Source of the DNA: Lophium mytilinum
Taxonomy: Eukaryota
Reading direction: 5' to 3'
Assembly (NCBI GenBank): GCA_010093605.1
Contig: MU004203.1
Span: 24,156 to 88,155, forward strand
DNA length: 64,000 nucleotides
The translations under genes were made by a program, and so were the position numbers. Shown here piece by piece: positions 13,201-24,126 of this stretch (the first letter of the stretch is position 1; the number at the start of each line of letters is the position of its first letter). A model generated the notes under the pieces. The model was given only the letters and a program-made list of their open reading frames with translations, made no database searches and had not been told where the DNA came from.

Positions 13201-15945
13201 AATAGGTATTACTATTATAGTTATAGCGGCGTAAGCTATTATCTAGAATAGATTATAATAGGTATATCTTAGAGTTATAGTTAAAGTCCTATTAGAAGCT
13301 ATAGTTAGACTTATTAGTAAATAGCTTATTAGTATATTTTAAGCTATTACTATTATTCTATAATAGGCCGTTAGTATATTACTATTTATAGGCGCGTTTA
13401 TACTTACTAGCAAGATATAATACTGCGCAGTTAATAGTAGTAACTAGTTCTAGCTAGAACGTGTAATTATTAGCGGCGCTAAAGACCTAAGTCTAGAGTT
13501 TAGGGGTAATAAGGCGCTTAAGCTATCCCTTTTAATTAATAAAGTCTATCTCTCTATTATTATCTATAGAAATTATTTTCTAGAATTAAAAAAGAAAAAT
13601 AGACTATTTCTTATTATACTTTATATACGCCTGCTAGCTATAGAGCTTATTATTTATAGCTATAGCCTTATCTTTAATTATAAAGTAAGGATCTATTATC
13701 TTAAATATCTCTTTAACTATTTTAAAGTTATTATTTATAGGGCGGTTCTATTAGGTGTAATTATATACTACGCTATTAGTAAATTCTACGCAGTATAATT
13801 TAATATACTTAAGCTTAGCTTATTTATTATAGAAGTCTTAAGGCTTATTATAAAAGATAGTATAGGTATAAGCTTTCTATAACTTATATTTAGACTAGTT
13901 ATTATATTCTTTAAACTTCTATAGATTATAGAACTTAGTATATAGCTAATATAAGTTTATAGTAAGTTAGGCATTTAGATTATATAAAAAGTTAGGTTAG
14001 ATAAAGTAGTTATAGTTAGGTAGCTTATTATTATTACCTTTATTAGAGAGGTAGCTATAGTTACTATAGATAGTAGTATTATCTTATTAAAAGCGTATTT
14101 AGAGTTACTACTATATAGCTTACTTATACTTCTTCTTATATTCTATACCTTAGGCGTAGAAGGTATTACACTACTATTAGTATTAATTGCGGTAAAAGAT
14201 AACCTTAGCTATCTTAGTAGTAAGGCCTTTAATCTTAATACTAAGCTTAGTAATAAAAATAGCCTAAGTGTTATTTTTCTTATACTTATCCGCCAGCTAC
14301 TTAGTAAGGTAATTACGCTTATTAGTAAAGTTAGTAGCGTTAGTATATATTTTAGCTATCTAGTAATAGAGCTTTATATATTAGTTATAGAGGTTTTTAA
14401 GTTTAACCTTATTTAACGTGCCTATATTCTATTCTTAAAGTTATATAATCTTATTATCTTTCTATTAAATAGCTACTGCTATATTTCTAATATCTTTATA
14501 CAACTTACTAAGTTCTTAGTAATAGTTAAGTAGTGCGGCGTAAATACTAATATATTTATCTTAAGCTATATTATAGAGCTCTTCTATATTATTAATAGTA
14601 ATATTAATAGATTAGCTATCTCTAGCTTAGTTAATAGTAAAGACTATACTATTATTATTATCTATAAGAAGGGACTATTAATAATTAGATAGTTAGCCGC
14701 TAGTTCTAGTAGAACTTACGCCTGCGTTAGCTATATTAGGCTATTCTTAGCTAGGGTAGATATTTAGAATTATAATAGTATTAGTAGTAGAGGTAATAAC
14801 CTAGTTCTTTAAGGTAATTAGAATTTAAAAGAAGAATAGAGTAGTTAGGTTAACTAGAAGTTTAGTAAATTAGATAGCTTAAGGTATAGATATTTTAGTA
14901 AATAACTTAAAGTTCTCTTTATCTTTACCTTAATCTACGTAGGCCTTATTATTAGTATTCTACTTAGTAGAGTTAGTAAGGTTATAATAGGCTTAGCTCT
15001 ATAGTAGGTTAGTACTAAATTAATTTAGTAGAAGGTAAATATCTAGTTCTAGATTACTAAATTTCTTAGTACGCGTAGTAAAAGCTTCTAGAGTAATAGT
15101 TAGTTAGTATTATAATACTCCTCCGCCGCCTATTTTATAGGCGGCTTTCTTTTCTTAGTAATTAAGCTTATACGCCTTTTAAGAGTTAGATATAAAAGTA
15201 GATTAAGTAGCTTATAAGTTAAAAGAGAGAGTAGAAGTATAAGTAAGAATAACTAGATACTTATTAGCTTTACTACTAGAAGGTAAATCTATAGGCTGCG
15301 CGCTTAATATAGTTATACTGCGTAGGGTTAGAGTTTTTCTACTATAGCTTAGTATAGCTAGTTTTAGAGGTATTATTTATATCTTTACTAGTAAGCGTTA
15401 GTTAACTATCTAATAGAAAGGTTAGTATAGAATAGAGAGTATAGATTCTCTATAAAAGCTTAAAAGTAGGTATACTTTTAAAAATAGCTAGCACTATTAT
15501 TACTATTCTTAGCGGCTACCTTTAATTAGTAAATAAAAATAGAATAACTACGCATAGACTAGTTAGTTGCGCGTAATAGAAGTAAGTAGATATATAGAGT
15601 CTACGCGCTAGCCTATTACTAATAGAGTATATATAGTTCTTACTCTATTATTAAAAAGTAAGTGCGCTTATATTAGTTAGTTGCGCGTAATAGTAAGTAG
15701 ATTTATAGAGCCTATATGCTAACTATAGTAGATAGGGTATATAGAGTTCTTACTATAAGATTATAGAACCTTTTTTTAAGTCTTTCTATATTAATATAGA
15801 GAGTATTAAATTTATATATTAAAATTTTAGCCTATTAAGATAGCTACTTAGTTAATTATAGGGTTACTAGTATTAGTAGATAGATAGGTAGATAAAAAGA
15901 GAGTGCTTCTAGAAACTTCTAGAAGCTAGAAGGGTAGCTACTTTA

Positions 15946-16165
15946 TATTATAGTATAATAGTAGATTATAAAAGAAGACCTAATATTAGTATATATAGAT
16001 AAAGTAGCTATAAGAGAGAAAGAAGGGCGCGGAGCGCCGGCTAAGAGGTAGGTAAGGCTAGCGCTAAGCCTAGTTATATAATAGTAATTATATACTAGAG
16101 GGTATATAATACTATTATATATATTAGAAATATATTATAATAGAAGTTATATTATAGCTATAATA
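15946..16165 (-). repeat. 5' LTR of outer Gypsy element
   Basis: 220 bp with the same termini and central gcgcggagcgccggctaagag core as the other LTRs. The U5-side segment has diverged beyond simple RIP transitions. Confidence 0.9.
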
Positions 16166-16999
16166 AGTAGTATTTCTCTAGTTAATAGTACTCTTAATAT
16201 CTATCTATATACTATTTCTTATCTATATAGTTTTTATACTTTCTATATCTACTATAGACTCTAGCTCTATCTAGCTACTTAAGCCTAACTTAATAATAGA
16301 ATAGATACCTTTTTTAATAACTATATTATAGCTATAGACTTAGTACTACTATACTACTATACTAAGAAGAAGAATAACTAATATAAATATACTATTCTAG
16401 GTACTTTCTATCTAATATATTACTTCTAGGTAATATTTATAGTACTTAGAGGCGTCTAGAAAAATATATAGTACTATACTAACTATAAGGCTATCTATAG
16501 CTATCTTAATAATCTAGAGAATAGACTAAGATTCTATCTTACTATAGTTATATAGAGATAGTATACTACCTTTACTACTAATAACTTAGCTTAGTAAGTA
16601 TAAGTTAAAAAGGGGGAAATTAAGCTAAATATACTATTTTTACCTTTTATTACTAACTATATTCTTTTTTTCTATACTTAGTCTTTTTATACCTACTTAT
16701 ACTAGCTCTAATAGTAGCCTTAGGTATTTAGTTTTAAAACCTAGTATAATACTAGCTATTTTATTATTACTATTATATATATATATATCTTTACTTAAGT
16801 AGAAGCCTTAATCTAGTAGAAGTTCTACTAATTACTATAAGCTTTAATTAAGTAGAAGTATTAAAAGTTATTAATCTAATACTTTTAGTTATATAACTTC
16901 TAGAACTACTAGTTATATATAGGCCTCTTCTATAGTATATATAGATAATGCCCCTTAAGTTAAATATAATAAGAATTTACTTTAATAGAGGATGCCTTA

Positions 17000-17263
17000 G
17001 GGGTGTTTTAGTTACTTATAGTAATAGTTAGAATTATAGTTATAGGTTACTAAGTTGCACTACGATTCTCTTTAATTAATCCGTAGCTACCTGGGTGTAG
17101 ATTGCAGCTGCGCACCATCATTAAGAAAGTTCGAATCGACATCTTCCTCGAGCCTCGAAGCTAACAGACCACACCATGATTTCTTGGAAAAGACGCTCTT
17201 GACTACTCCATGACCATGGAGTTTCTCGGAAATGTGATATCTCCGTGGTGGCGTTGTCATCAT
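17000..17263 (-). pseudogene. Possible gene 5' end running into the RIP block
   Basis: Minus-strand TATATAA at ~17340-17346 and ATG at 17263. Frame MMTTPPRRYHISEKLHGHGVVKSVFSKKSWCGLLASRLEEDVDSNFLNDGAQLQSTPR, then TAG/TAA stops begin where the sequence turns AT-rich. Confidence 0.35.
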
Positions 17264-17367
17264 CTGTTTGCAACCTGTTCCTCCTTCGTCTTGATTGAAT
17301 CTCCGAATGAAAGATTCTGCGGACTAGGACTCGGGGAGCTTATATACCTCTGGAGAACCCTCTTTTG

Positions 17368-17506
17368 CACGTGAGATTGCGTGACTTCATCGCGGCAAAG
17401 ACTCAATCACGTGCTGCTAAACGGTGCGGTAGAAGGACGCTTGTTGCCCAGCCTACAGTCATGGAGATCCGCCCAGGAGGATTCTAAGTCACGTGGCTTT
17501 CACGTG
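17368..17506. promoter_or_regulatory. Cluster of four CACGTG E-boxes (bHLH sites)
   Basis: CACGTG at 17368, 17408, 17490 and 17501, just upstream of a minus-strand TATA box. Confidence 0.5.
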
Positions 17507-18480
17507 CTCTTTGCGTTTCGAGACATCCTCAGGCATAAAAACCCCAACCAGATCGCTCCTCGATTCTCTTACTCAAGGACGCAGAGTTAGGGAGGAGTGC
17601 AAAACTGGCAGCAGAAGCCTCTGATGGGCTAGTTGGATGGTCTACTACACTGGCTTAACGAGCATAACGGCACCCGTCTTCTTCCCATGTGGAGTACAAA
17701 GAAGAGGGAAAACAGCAATGGGAAAAACTCAATGGAAAGAGGGTATGAACAGAATCTCGGGGAGCGGTATGGAGTGAGAGGCAAAGCAAATCCACCAGGC
17801 CTTGATCCAATGGAAGTGGAGGTTGCGAATCTAGTGGTGATGATGATGGCCCGCTATTTGCGGATGAGAAGACGAACATCAGTGAAAGAACGATGTGGTG
17901 TAACAGGTATGCAGTGGGAGCCGAGCATGGTGATACCGTGGGTTCGTATCAAATGTTTTCGATGCGAATCATCAAACAACATCCGGCACCCGTTCTCACT
18001 AGCTAAACCACTCCCGACATCGAAGATTTCTTTGTCTGAGGTTTGATTCCGCCATGAGGCATTTGCAATGCCGGGTTTCGTACTCATACGCATAGTTGAA
18101 GTGGTCTGCTGAACCGTAAGCGCTCCGACGCCTGCTTCTTGGTCGCTGTGTTCCTGAAGTAGTACAGGAAGGTAGATCTTAGCCGCGGCCATGCGAAACC
18201 TCTCGTTGTATTCTAGCCTCGAAGATTAAGTATCCGAAATGAGGCTGAGTCATCGAGGAAGGACGTTACCAGGTTTGGTGAAATCAGATTAGTGCGGCTT
18301 TGGGATGCTGGCATTGATCTGCGAGGTGGCTTGATGGAGTGAAAGAGAGTGCAAAGGCTACACAGGTGTGCTACAGCGGCGGAGCGGAGATAAACGCGAT
18401 TGACTGAGGGCTTAGTATTATTTACTGGGACTGGGAGTTCCTGTATCAGGCAGTCTTTCGTCAAGCCGATGCGTTAGATA

Positions 18481-19453
18481 TCATCTTCTCTTCTTGTTGT
18501 TCAATTCCCGCATCTCACCACTGGCCTTACTTCCATCCGGGAGTATTCTTTCCGTCTTTCTAATCTGCCATAGCAGAACTGGGTACGCCAGATCGCACGC
18601 AAGAGCTGTGACCCATATGAAGACGCCAAACGGGCTGAAGACATACGGAAAGCCTTCGGGCCAGAAATACCATCCAGAGACCCAAACAGCTTCTGCACCC
18701 ACAATAGAACCAATTGTCCGGGATGCCCTGCATTGAAGCCTTAGCATGAATTAGAAGAGAGAGAAAAGAGTAACGTAAGAGGTGCCTCGCAGCCAAAGCA
18801 GCTGCACAAAAGCATTCCTTGGTACCCTTCACTGAGACCCAAAGTCTCAGTTCTATTGCCAGTTAATAGAAATCAAGAACTCACCAAATCCCCCATCCCA
18901 CACCTCCCGAATGCCCCCGAACCCCGAGCTGCACCAGCGCCGCCACACTCCCATACACCTGATTAGCACCGACGCTCCAGTAAGCCAGCTCCGTCATATC
19001 CGCTTCAAGGTCACCGGAGTACCTCTTCGCCCTACCCCCTCCCACTCTTTCCTGAACCCACCACGCGGCAAAAGCATAATGGCCCCACGCCGCCAGCACC
19101 ATCATCGCCGCAAAGACCTTCCCTAGGTTCCGCGCTACGAGAGGGCTGTGTGCCCATTCCTTTCGGCCATATACTAATACCGCGTAGACGAGCGGGATGT
19201 CGAGAACTAGCCAGATTGTGAAGACGAGGCGCTCAAGACGCTCCTCGGCAATGAAGAGACCATAGACGGCTTCCCACGCGAGATTGTTGGCTAGCGCGAA
19301 AAGAGGCATGCTGTAGGTTTTGTTGCGGCTAGCAGCGCGGATGGAGAGGATGTAGCAAAGAGTCCAGCAGAAGCCGCCGATTTGGAGCAGGAGGTCGTGG
19401 GCTGGGATTAGGTATGGGGAGATGTGGGGTGGGGGATGGTCTTGGGAACCCAT
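18481..19453 (-). CDS. Pyr4/PaxB/AtmB-family integral membrane terpene cyclase (2 exons: 19453-18885, 18727-18481; 271 aa)
   Basis: Hydrophobic multi-TM protein with W..CY...R.KTYSMPLFALANNLAWE, RGHSGG....W..R.IG and a C-terminal helix Asp (CDLAYP), all family hallmarks. Intron GTGAGT..GCTAAG..CAG (18884-18728) joins the two ORFs in frame. Confidence 0.9.
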
Positions 19454-20028
19454 TCTGAGTTTAAGGAGAAGACTGAAGGGAACAGAGGAAGCCGAAGGAA
19501 ATACAGGAGGCTGAAGGGAACAGAGGGGGCTTGAGGTCTTACATAGTGGAGGACTGGTGGGGCTTGGCGCTGAGTCAGCTTCGTAATGCAGGATTTCTGA
19601 TGATACATCCAGAGATAGCTGTTCGGATATGTCAAGGGCCCTTTCGACTTTGGAGGAGCTCGAGAGTATATGTAGCTTAAAAGTTTATGTTGTGGAAGGT
19701 ACTGTTGCCTTCGATGGAGACTTGGCAGAGTATCTCTCGAAAGGGGGAAACCGAGAGAGGGAGTGTTTTCTAGCAAAATCTCCAGTGATGACACGCCCAA
19801 TTTAGTTCCCGAGGAGTATACGACCAGGATTAGTCAAGAGAAGTATCCGAGACTGAAACCCAGACTGAATACGATACCGTAAAAACTGCTTGACCTACAG
19901 GCCCAGACGCGCCTCCAAAAAAGATAGAGATGTGGAAAATAACGGAAACGGCCTTGGAAGACGAGCAACCCGATACCACCGCATCTGCATCACCATCTTT
20001 GCGTGTATATTCACACCCTTGAAGGACT

Positions 20029-20601
20029 TCAAGACGAGGCAACATGCCCCGCAGTCGCGACCCTCAAAATCTCCTTCTCCAACCCCCCAACCAGCACCAC
20101 TTCCACACCCGCATTTTCTAAAATCTTCCGCCCCTGGTTATCCCCAACGAAAGTCTCCGGCTCCTTGACTCCCACATACACCTTCCTTATCCCACCCCCT
20201 TTGCTCCGTGTCTCCACGATCCGTTCCACACAAGTCCGGTTCCCACTCAGCCTCTTTACGCACGGCTCTACAGTTGTGTATATCACCGCCCCCTCAGGCA
20301 GCACTTCCCCAACGCGCTCTTCGGGTATGTCATGTTCTGAAGCGTATTTCGAGAGGCAGCATTGTTCCGCGTGCGTGTTCCCGGGGAGCTCGAGCGTAAA
20401 TCCGGACGTAAGGATCTTATTAGAAGCGGAGTCGACTAGGAGTGCACCGACGCGGAAATTTGTAGGGAGGGGCGGGGATTCGTGAGCGTAGGAGAGGGCG
20501 AGGCGCATGTAGGAGGCATGGTCGTTCGGAGATATGCCTGTGTTGAAGTGCTGGTTGGGAGGAGGGTCGGTAGAGGAGGGTGGTGCGAGGGGAAGAGGCA
20601 T
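20029..20601 (-). CDS. RIB2: Riboflavin-pathway DRAP deaminase (stand-alone RIB2 C-terminal-type cytidine deaminase fold)
   Basis: Intact 190 aa with FRVGALL..GFTLELPGNTHAEQC and TVEPCVKRLSGNRTC zinc motifs, then VYVGVKEPETFV. Confidence 0.85.
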   Translation of the reverse strand: MPLPLAPPSSTDPPPNQHFNTGISPNDHASYMRLALSYAHESPPLPTNFRVGALLVDSASNKILTSGFTLELPGNTHAEQCCLSKYASEHDIPEERVGEVLPEGAVIYTTVEPCVKRLSGNRTCVERIVETRSKGGGIRKVYVGVKEPETFVGDNQGRKILENAGVEVVLVGGLEKEILRVATAGHVASS

Positions 20602-21113
20602 ATCTGGAGTACTACGAATTGATTAGATTCTAGAATGTAAAGGTCAACGCAGTGTAAATCAGACTACGTTTTGGCTGACAGACTAGGTACCAGCTGAGCT
20701 ACTCTAGATAGTGGCATCCAGCTTCCAAAAGAGTTGCTGATATGGTTGCAAATATGGACCTTTACTCCGTAGTGCAGAGATATTAGGTTTGCTTGGATGC
20801 TAATTTGGAAGCTGGAGACCACTGCCAGGAGTGGCCTCACTACTGAGTAGTCAGTCAGCCAGGAGGCAGTCTGATATCAGCTGTGCATCGCTTTACATCG
20901 TGGATAGACATTTCAAAACCTCTCGGGGCACCCCAAACAGTGGCAGACGAGTGGCAGACATATATCATGTATAGTAGGAACCGAAAGGCACTTACAAACT
21001 TCAGAATTGATGGAATAAGAAGCGTCACGAATGGTGGGGGTGGGGGGCGGAGGGGCGGAGGTGTATTACAGTGATTTAGGGGTAGGGGGTGGGGCCGTGC
21101 AGGCACTTCCGCA

Positions 21114-21133
21114 ACGCGTCAAGTTCGCGTCAA
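21114..21133 (+). promoter_or_regulatory. MCB-like elements (ACGCGT; CGCGTCAA twice) upstream of the J-protein gene
   Basis: acgcgtcaagttcgcgtcaa ~100 bp before the ATG, within the divergent RIB2/DnaJ intergenic region. Confidence 0.35.
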
Positions 21134-21225
21134 CCTCAACATTTTGCCCTCTTTGCACCTACAACCTCACCTTCCACCACCAACCACCCCCCTCCCACCC
21201 CCCTCCCACCCAGCAACTCGCCACA

Positions 21226-22408
21226 ATGCGTCCAATTAACAAGAAGGTCGCGCACAAAGAGGAAGTAGAGTTTGAGGAAGAAGAAGAGTATGAAGAAGAA
21301 GAGGAAGAGTATGAAGAAGAAGAAGACGAGGAGGAAGAGTCCGACGAAGAAGAAGAACTTGTCAACGAGGAGCCCCCGAAGGATGTCGATTGCTACAAGG
21401 TCCTCGGAGTAGAGAAGACAGCTACTGCAGATGAAGTGAAGAAGGCCTATCGCAAGGCAGCACTTGTGCATCATCCAGGTAAATTTATATTCTACTCTTG
21501 AGAGACGATATGAGAGCATCTATCTAGTCCCATTGTCTCGACTTCCTCGTACTAAAACTCCCCCAGACAAGGTCAAAGAAGAAGACAAGGCCGCCGCCCA
21601 CACTACCTTCCAGCGCATCGCTCTCGCCTACGCTGTCCTATCAACTCCTCACCGTCGTGCCCGCTACGATGCCACCGGCCGCACTGACGACTCCCTCTAC
21701 CCTGGCGGCGACGATGATGACGGCCCCTTCGACTGGCAATCCTTCTACCGTGCTCAATTCGAAAATGCGGTCACCGACGCCACTATCGAGAACGCCCGCA
21801 ACGGCTACGTCGGCACCGAAGAGGAGAAAGCGGATCTTCTCAAGGCATACGAGAAGGTCAAGGGCGATATGGCCAGGATCTATCAGCTCGTTATGTTCGC
21901 AGAGCCGTGGGAGGACGAGGAGAGGTTCCGGGTCATTATCGATGCGGCTATCAAGAACGAAGAGGTCACGGGTTGGAAGAGATACATGATTGAGACGCCG
22001 TACGATCGGGAGAGGCGCATTGCGAGGGCGAAGAGGATCCGGGATGGCGAGGCGAAGGAGCTAGAAGATGAGAAGGCTAAGAAGGCTAAGAAGGCGGGCG
22101 GGAAGAAGGGCGCGCAAGAATTCAAGGTGGAGGGCTTCGGCGATCTCGCGGCTATGATTCAGCAGCGACAGAAGGCGAGGAGCGGCTTCTTCGATCGACT
22201 TGAGGAGGCCTATACGCCGGCATCGCGGGGCAAGAAGCGACAGAGCGAGCCGCCGGAAGAGGCGTTCGCTGCAATGGGCGAGAGAATGAAAAAGAAGAGC
22301 AAGCAGAGCAAGCCAGATGAGGCCGAGGAAGAGTCTGAGGAGGCTGAGGAGGAGTCTGAAGAGGAGAAGCCGAGACCTCGTCGTCGCCTTGGTCGTAAGA
22401 AGACGTGA
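21226..22408 (+). CDS. DnaJ-domain protein, DNAJC9-like (2 exons: 21226-21478, 21567-22408)
   Basis: Acidic N-terminus, then a J domain [30 protein letters not shown] with HPD restored by the 88-nt intron GTAAAT..ACTAA..CAG. Followed by [25 protein letters not shown] and FFDRLEE.Y motifs typical of DNAJC9. Confidence 0.92.
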
Positions 22409-23991
22409 GTGGCTTCTGGCTGACGACTCCTTAATGATTTCATGAATGATCGGTATGGGTCTCAACTTTCAGCGTGGCGTTCGGCAGGGCATAGCATCTG
22501 GGAAGGCTGCGTGGCATTAGCATAGGTACATACCTTCCTCTAGATGAGGACACTGATACTTTTCAATTGCTCCAAATTCGGAGCTTCAATTCGAGACACT
22601 CATCACAAAGTTCCGTACGTCTTCTTGCCACTGTTTGCCGTGCTTCAAGGTATTTGAAAACTGTGAACCCGATTGCAGGCTAGTATTTTGATTGATGGGT
22701 AAACTCGCGAAGCCACCTCAGACAGCGGTAAATACGTATGCGCTGGAGCCCAAGCACCTTATTTCCATTCCTTCAGCTCTATCACTCAATTGTCCTGCAA
22801 GCAAGAGCATTTCCAAGCTGCCCAGCTGTATAGAATCCTCAGCATATAGCCGCTTTGTTCTCGTGGAACTACGAGGGTACCTCGTTTGATAACCCTTCCG
22901 TCTGGACTCCCCGACAGGCACTCCTGAGATATATAGCCTCCTCCGCCCGGTACTTACCATCTCAAACTGTTCAGATGTCACTCTTGGCAGGGCAGGTTCT
23001 CCACCCGTATATTCTGATTCTCCTGCTCTGGCTTCCCACTTCCCGAATCGAGCGCTACCCGAGTAGCTGTGGATGACACAGTACACTCCCCCTTGTGTGT
23101 CCAGAGCTCTGGCATAGCCGCGATCGATCCGGCCGTGCTTCATCCCGGCCGACCGAGAGGAGTGGGATTGGGCGTGGCCGGTGTGCCGAGTTTGGGGGTG
23201 ACTTGACGGTGCTGGGCGACATCTCAGCTAGCCCTTTGATGGACGAGAGTAAATTGGACCGTGAAATGGGTGTTTGAGGATCTAGATTGAGGATACGGTT
23301 CTGAAGAGCAAAGAAATTAGCGCGATGTTGAGGCTTGTAGGAACACGGCTAACCTGCTCGAATGGCAACATTGTTCTGCAGTCGTGGGGATCGAAACGAT
23401 GAGCTCGCCCGCTACAACTACAGGCCTGGAGACGCTCCAATGAAAGGTTCAGATTTGAGATATGGCCAAACCCACCACAGAACTCTGCTCGCGTTGCGTC
23501 GGTACTCTTGCGGTGTGTGAAGATGCATACGTCCGGCAGTCGATGTGACCTCCGGCCCACGAGGAAGATCGCCCAGTTGCGGATCGAAGCTGCTTCGGAG
23601 CTGGTTCTCGGGCGGCGGTATGGAAGCGAGCGGCTGAGTTCGGGCTTCTCTAGAGGCACTAGCTATCGAACAGGAATCTGAAGTATGGATTGCATTGCGG
23701 CTGCGGAGGTGGCGGGGGTGGAAGAGGCGGAGGAAGTGATTGAGGAAATGGGGGAAGCGATTGAGAAGATGGAGAGACGGAAGGAGGCAATTGCGCAGTG
23801 AGCAGGAATGCTCCCAGCAACACCCACAGGAGCCAGAAAACCATCCAGTGCCATCAATTGACCTGCAAATAGGGCCGTAGTAGCTATTCATGTCTGTCGC
23901 CTTGCCAATCGCGCCATAGTAGCGCCCAATCCCCACCGTGAACCTCTCACTTTACCATACCAATCCAAAAGTAAAACAAAAAGGGAAAACC

Positions 23992-24014
23992 GCACCCGGA
24001 CTCGAACCCGGTGC
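23992..24014 (-). promoter_or_regulatory. Extragenic Pol III B-box in a hairpin
   Basis: GCACC-G-GG-TTCGAGT-CC-G-GGTGC, a consensus B-box. Confidence 0.65.
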
Positions 24015-24052
24015 TCACCTACTATACTTGGGAAAAGCAAAAAAGGGCAAAA

Positions 24053-24126
24053 GGAAAGGGTCGTGCGCGAATCGACACACGACGGAAGAATAATATGATA
24101 AGAATATCTCATTAAGCTAACTTTCC
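24053..24126 (-). ncRNA. Putative unclassified Pol III small RNA (74 nt, tRNA-sized)
   Basis: TATATATA ~30 nt upstream (24159-24152). The 5' GGAAAG pairs with 3' CTTTCC. A-box-like TAGCTTAATGA and an 8-bp GTCGTGTG/CGCACGAC hairpin. Immediate TTTT-GCCC-TTTTTT terminator, and a downstream B-box GGTTCGAGTCC in a hairpin (24014-23992). Confidence 0.6.

Larger units (their letters stand above)
1..16165 (-). mobile_element. Outer RIP-inactivated Ty3/Gypsy chromovirus, split by the inner element; 3' LTR lies outside the window
   Basis: 5' LTR 15946-16165, CCHC knuckle ~13095-13140 and RT YCCIVYMDDVLIFS ~11296-11335, with pol sequence running to 10252. It resumes left of 1957 with integrase (TIVSDRGVQF ~1170-1200) and chromodomain (~370-480), collinear with the inner element. 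Confidence 0.9.
1..17050. other. AT-rich block mutated by repeat-induced point mutation (RIP)
   Basis: CpA/TpG almost absent and TpA abundant, with G+C surviving mainly in CpG/GCG islands (e.g. gcgcggagcgccggc at ~2041). Only one spurious ORF >=60 aa in 17 kb. Composition becomes normal at ~17,050-17,100. Confidence 0.97.

Noticed and set aside
16594..16681. Plus-strand intron (GTAAGT..ACTAAC..TAG) in RIPed DNA
   Set aside because: Such motifs arise easily in TpA-rich sequence, and no flanking exons were recognisable.
17633..18464. Several short ORFs downstream of the terpene cyclase
   Set aside because: No recognisable domain or consistent splice model.
24053..24126. Canonical tRNA-Met (central CAT) or U6atac
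   Set aside because: No anticodon stem and no D-loop GG; no U6atac AAGGAGAGA box. Kept only as an unclassified RNA.
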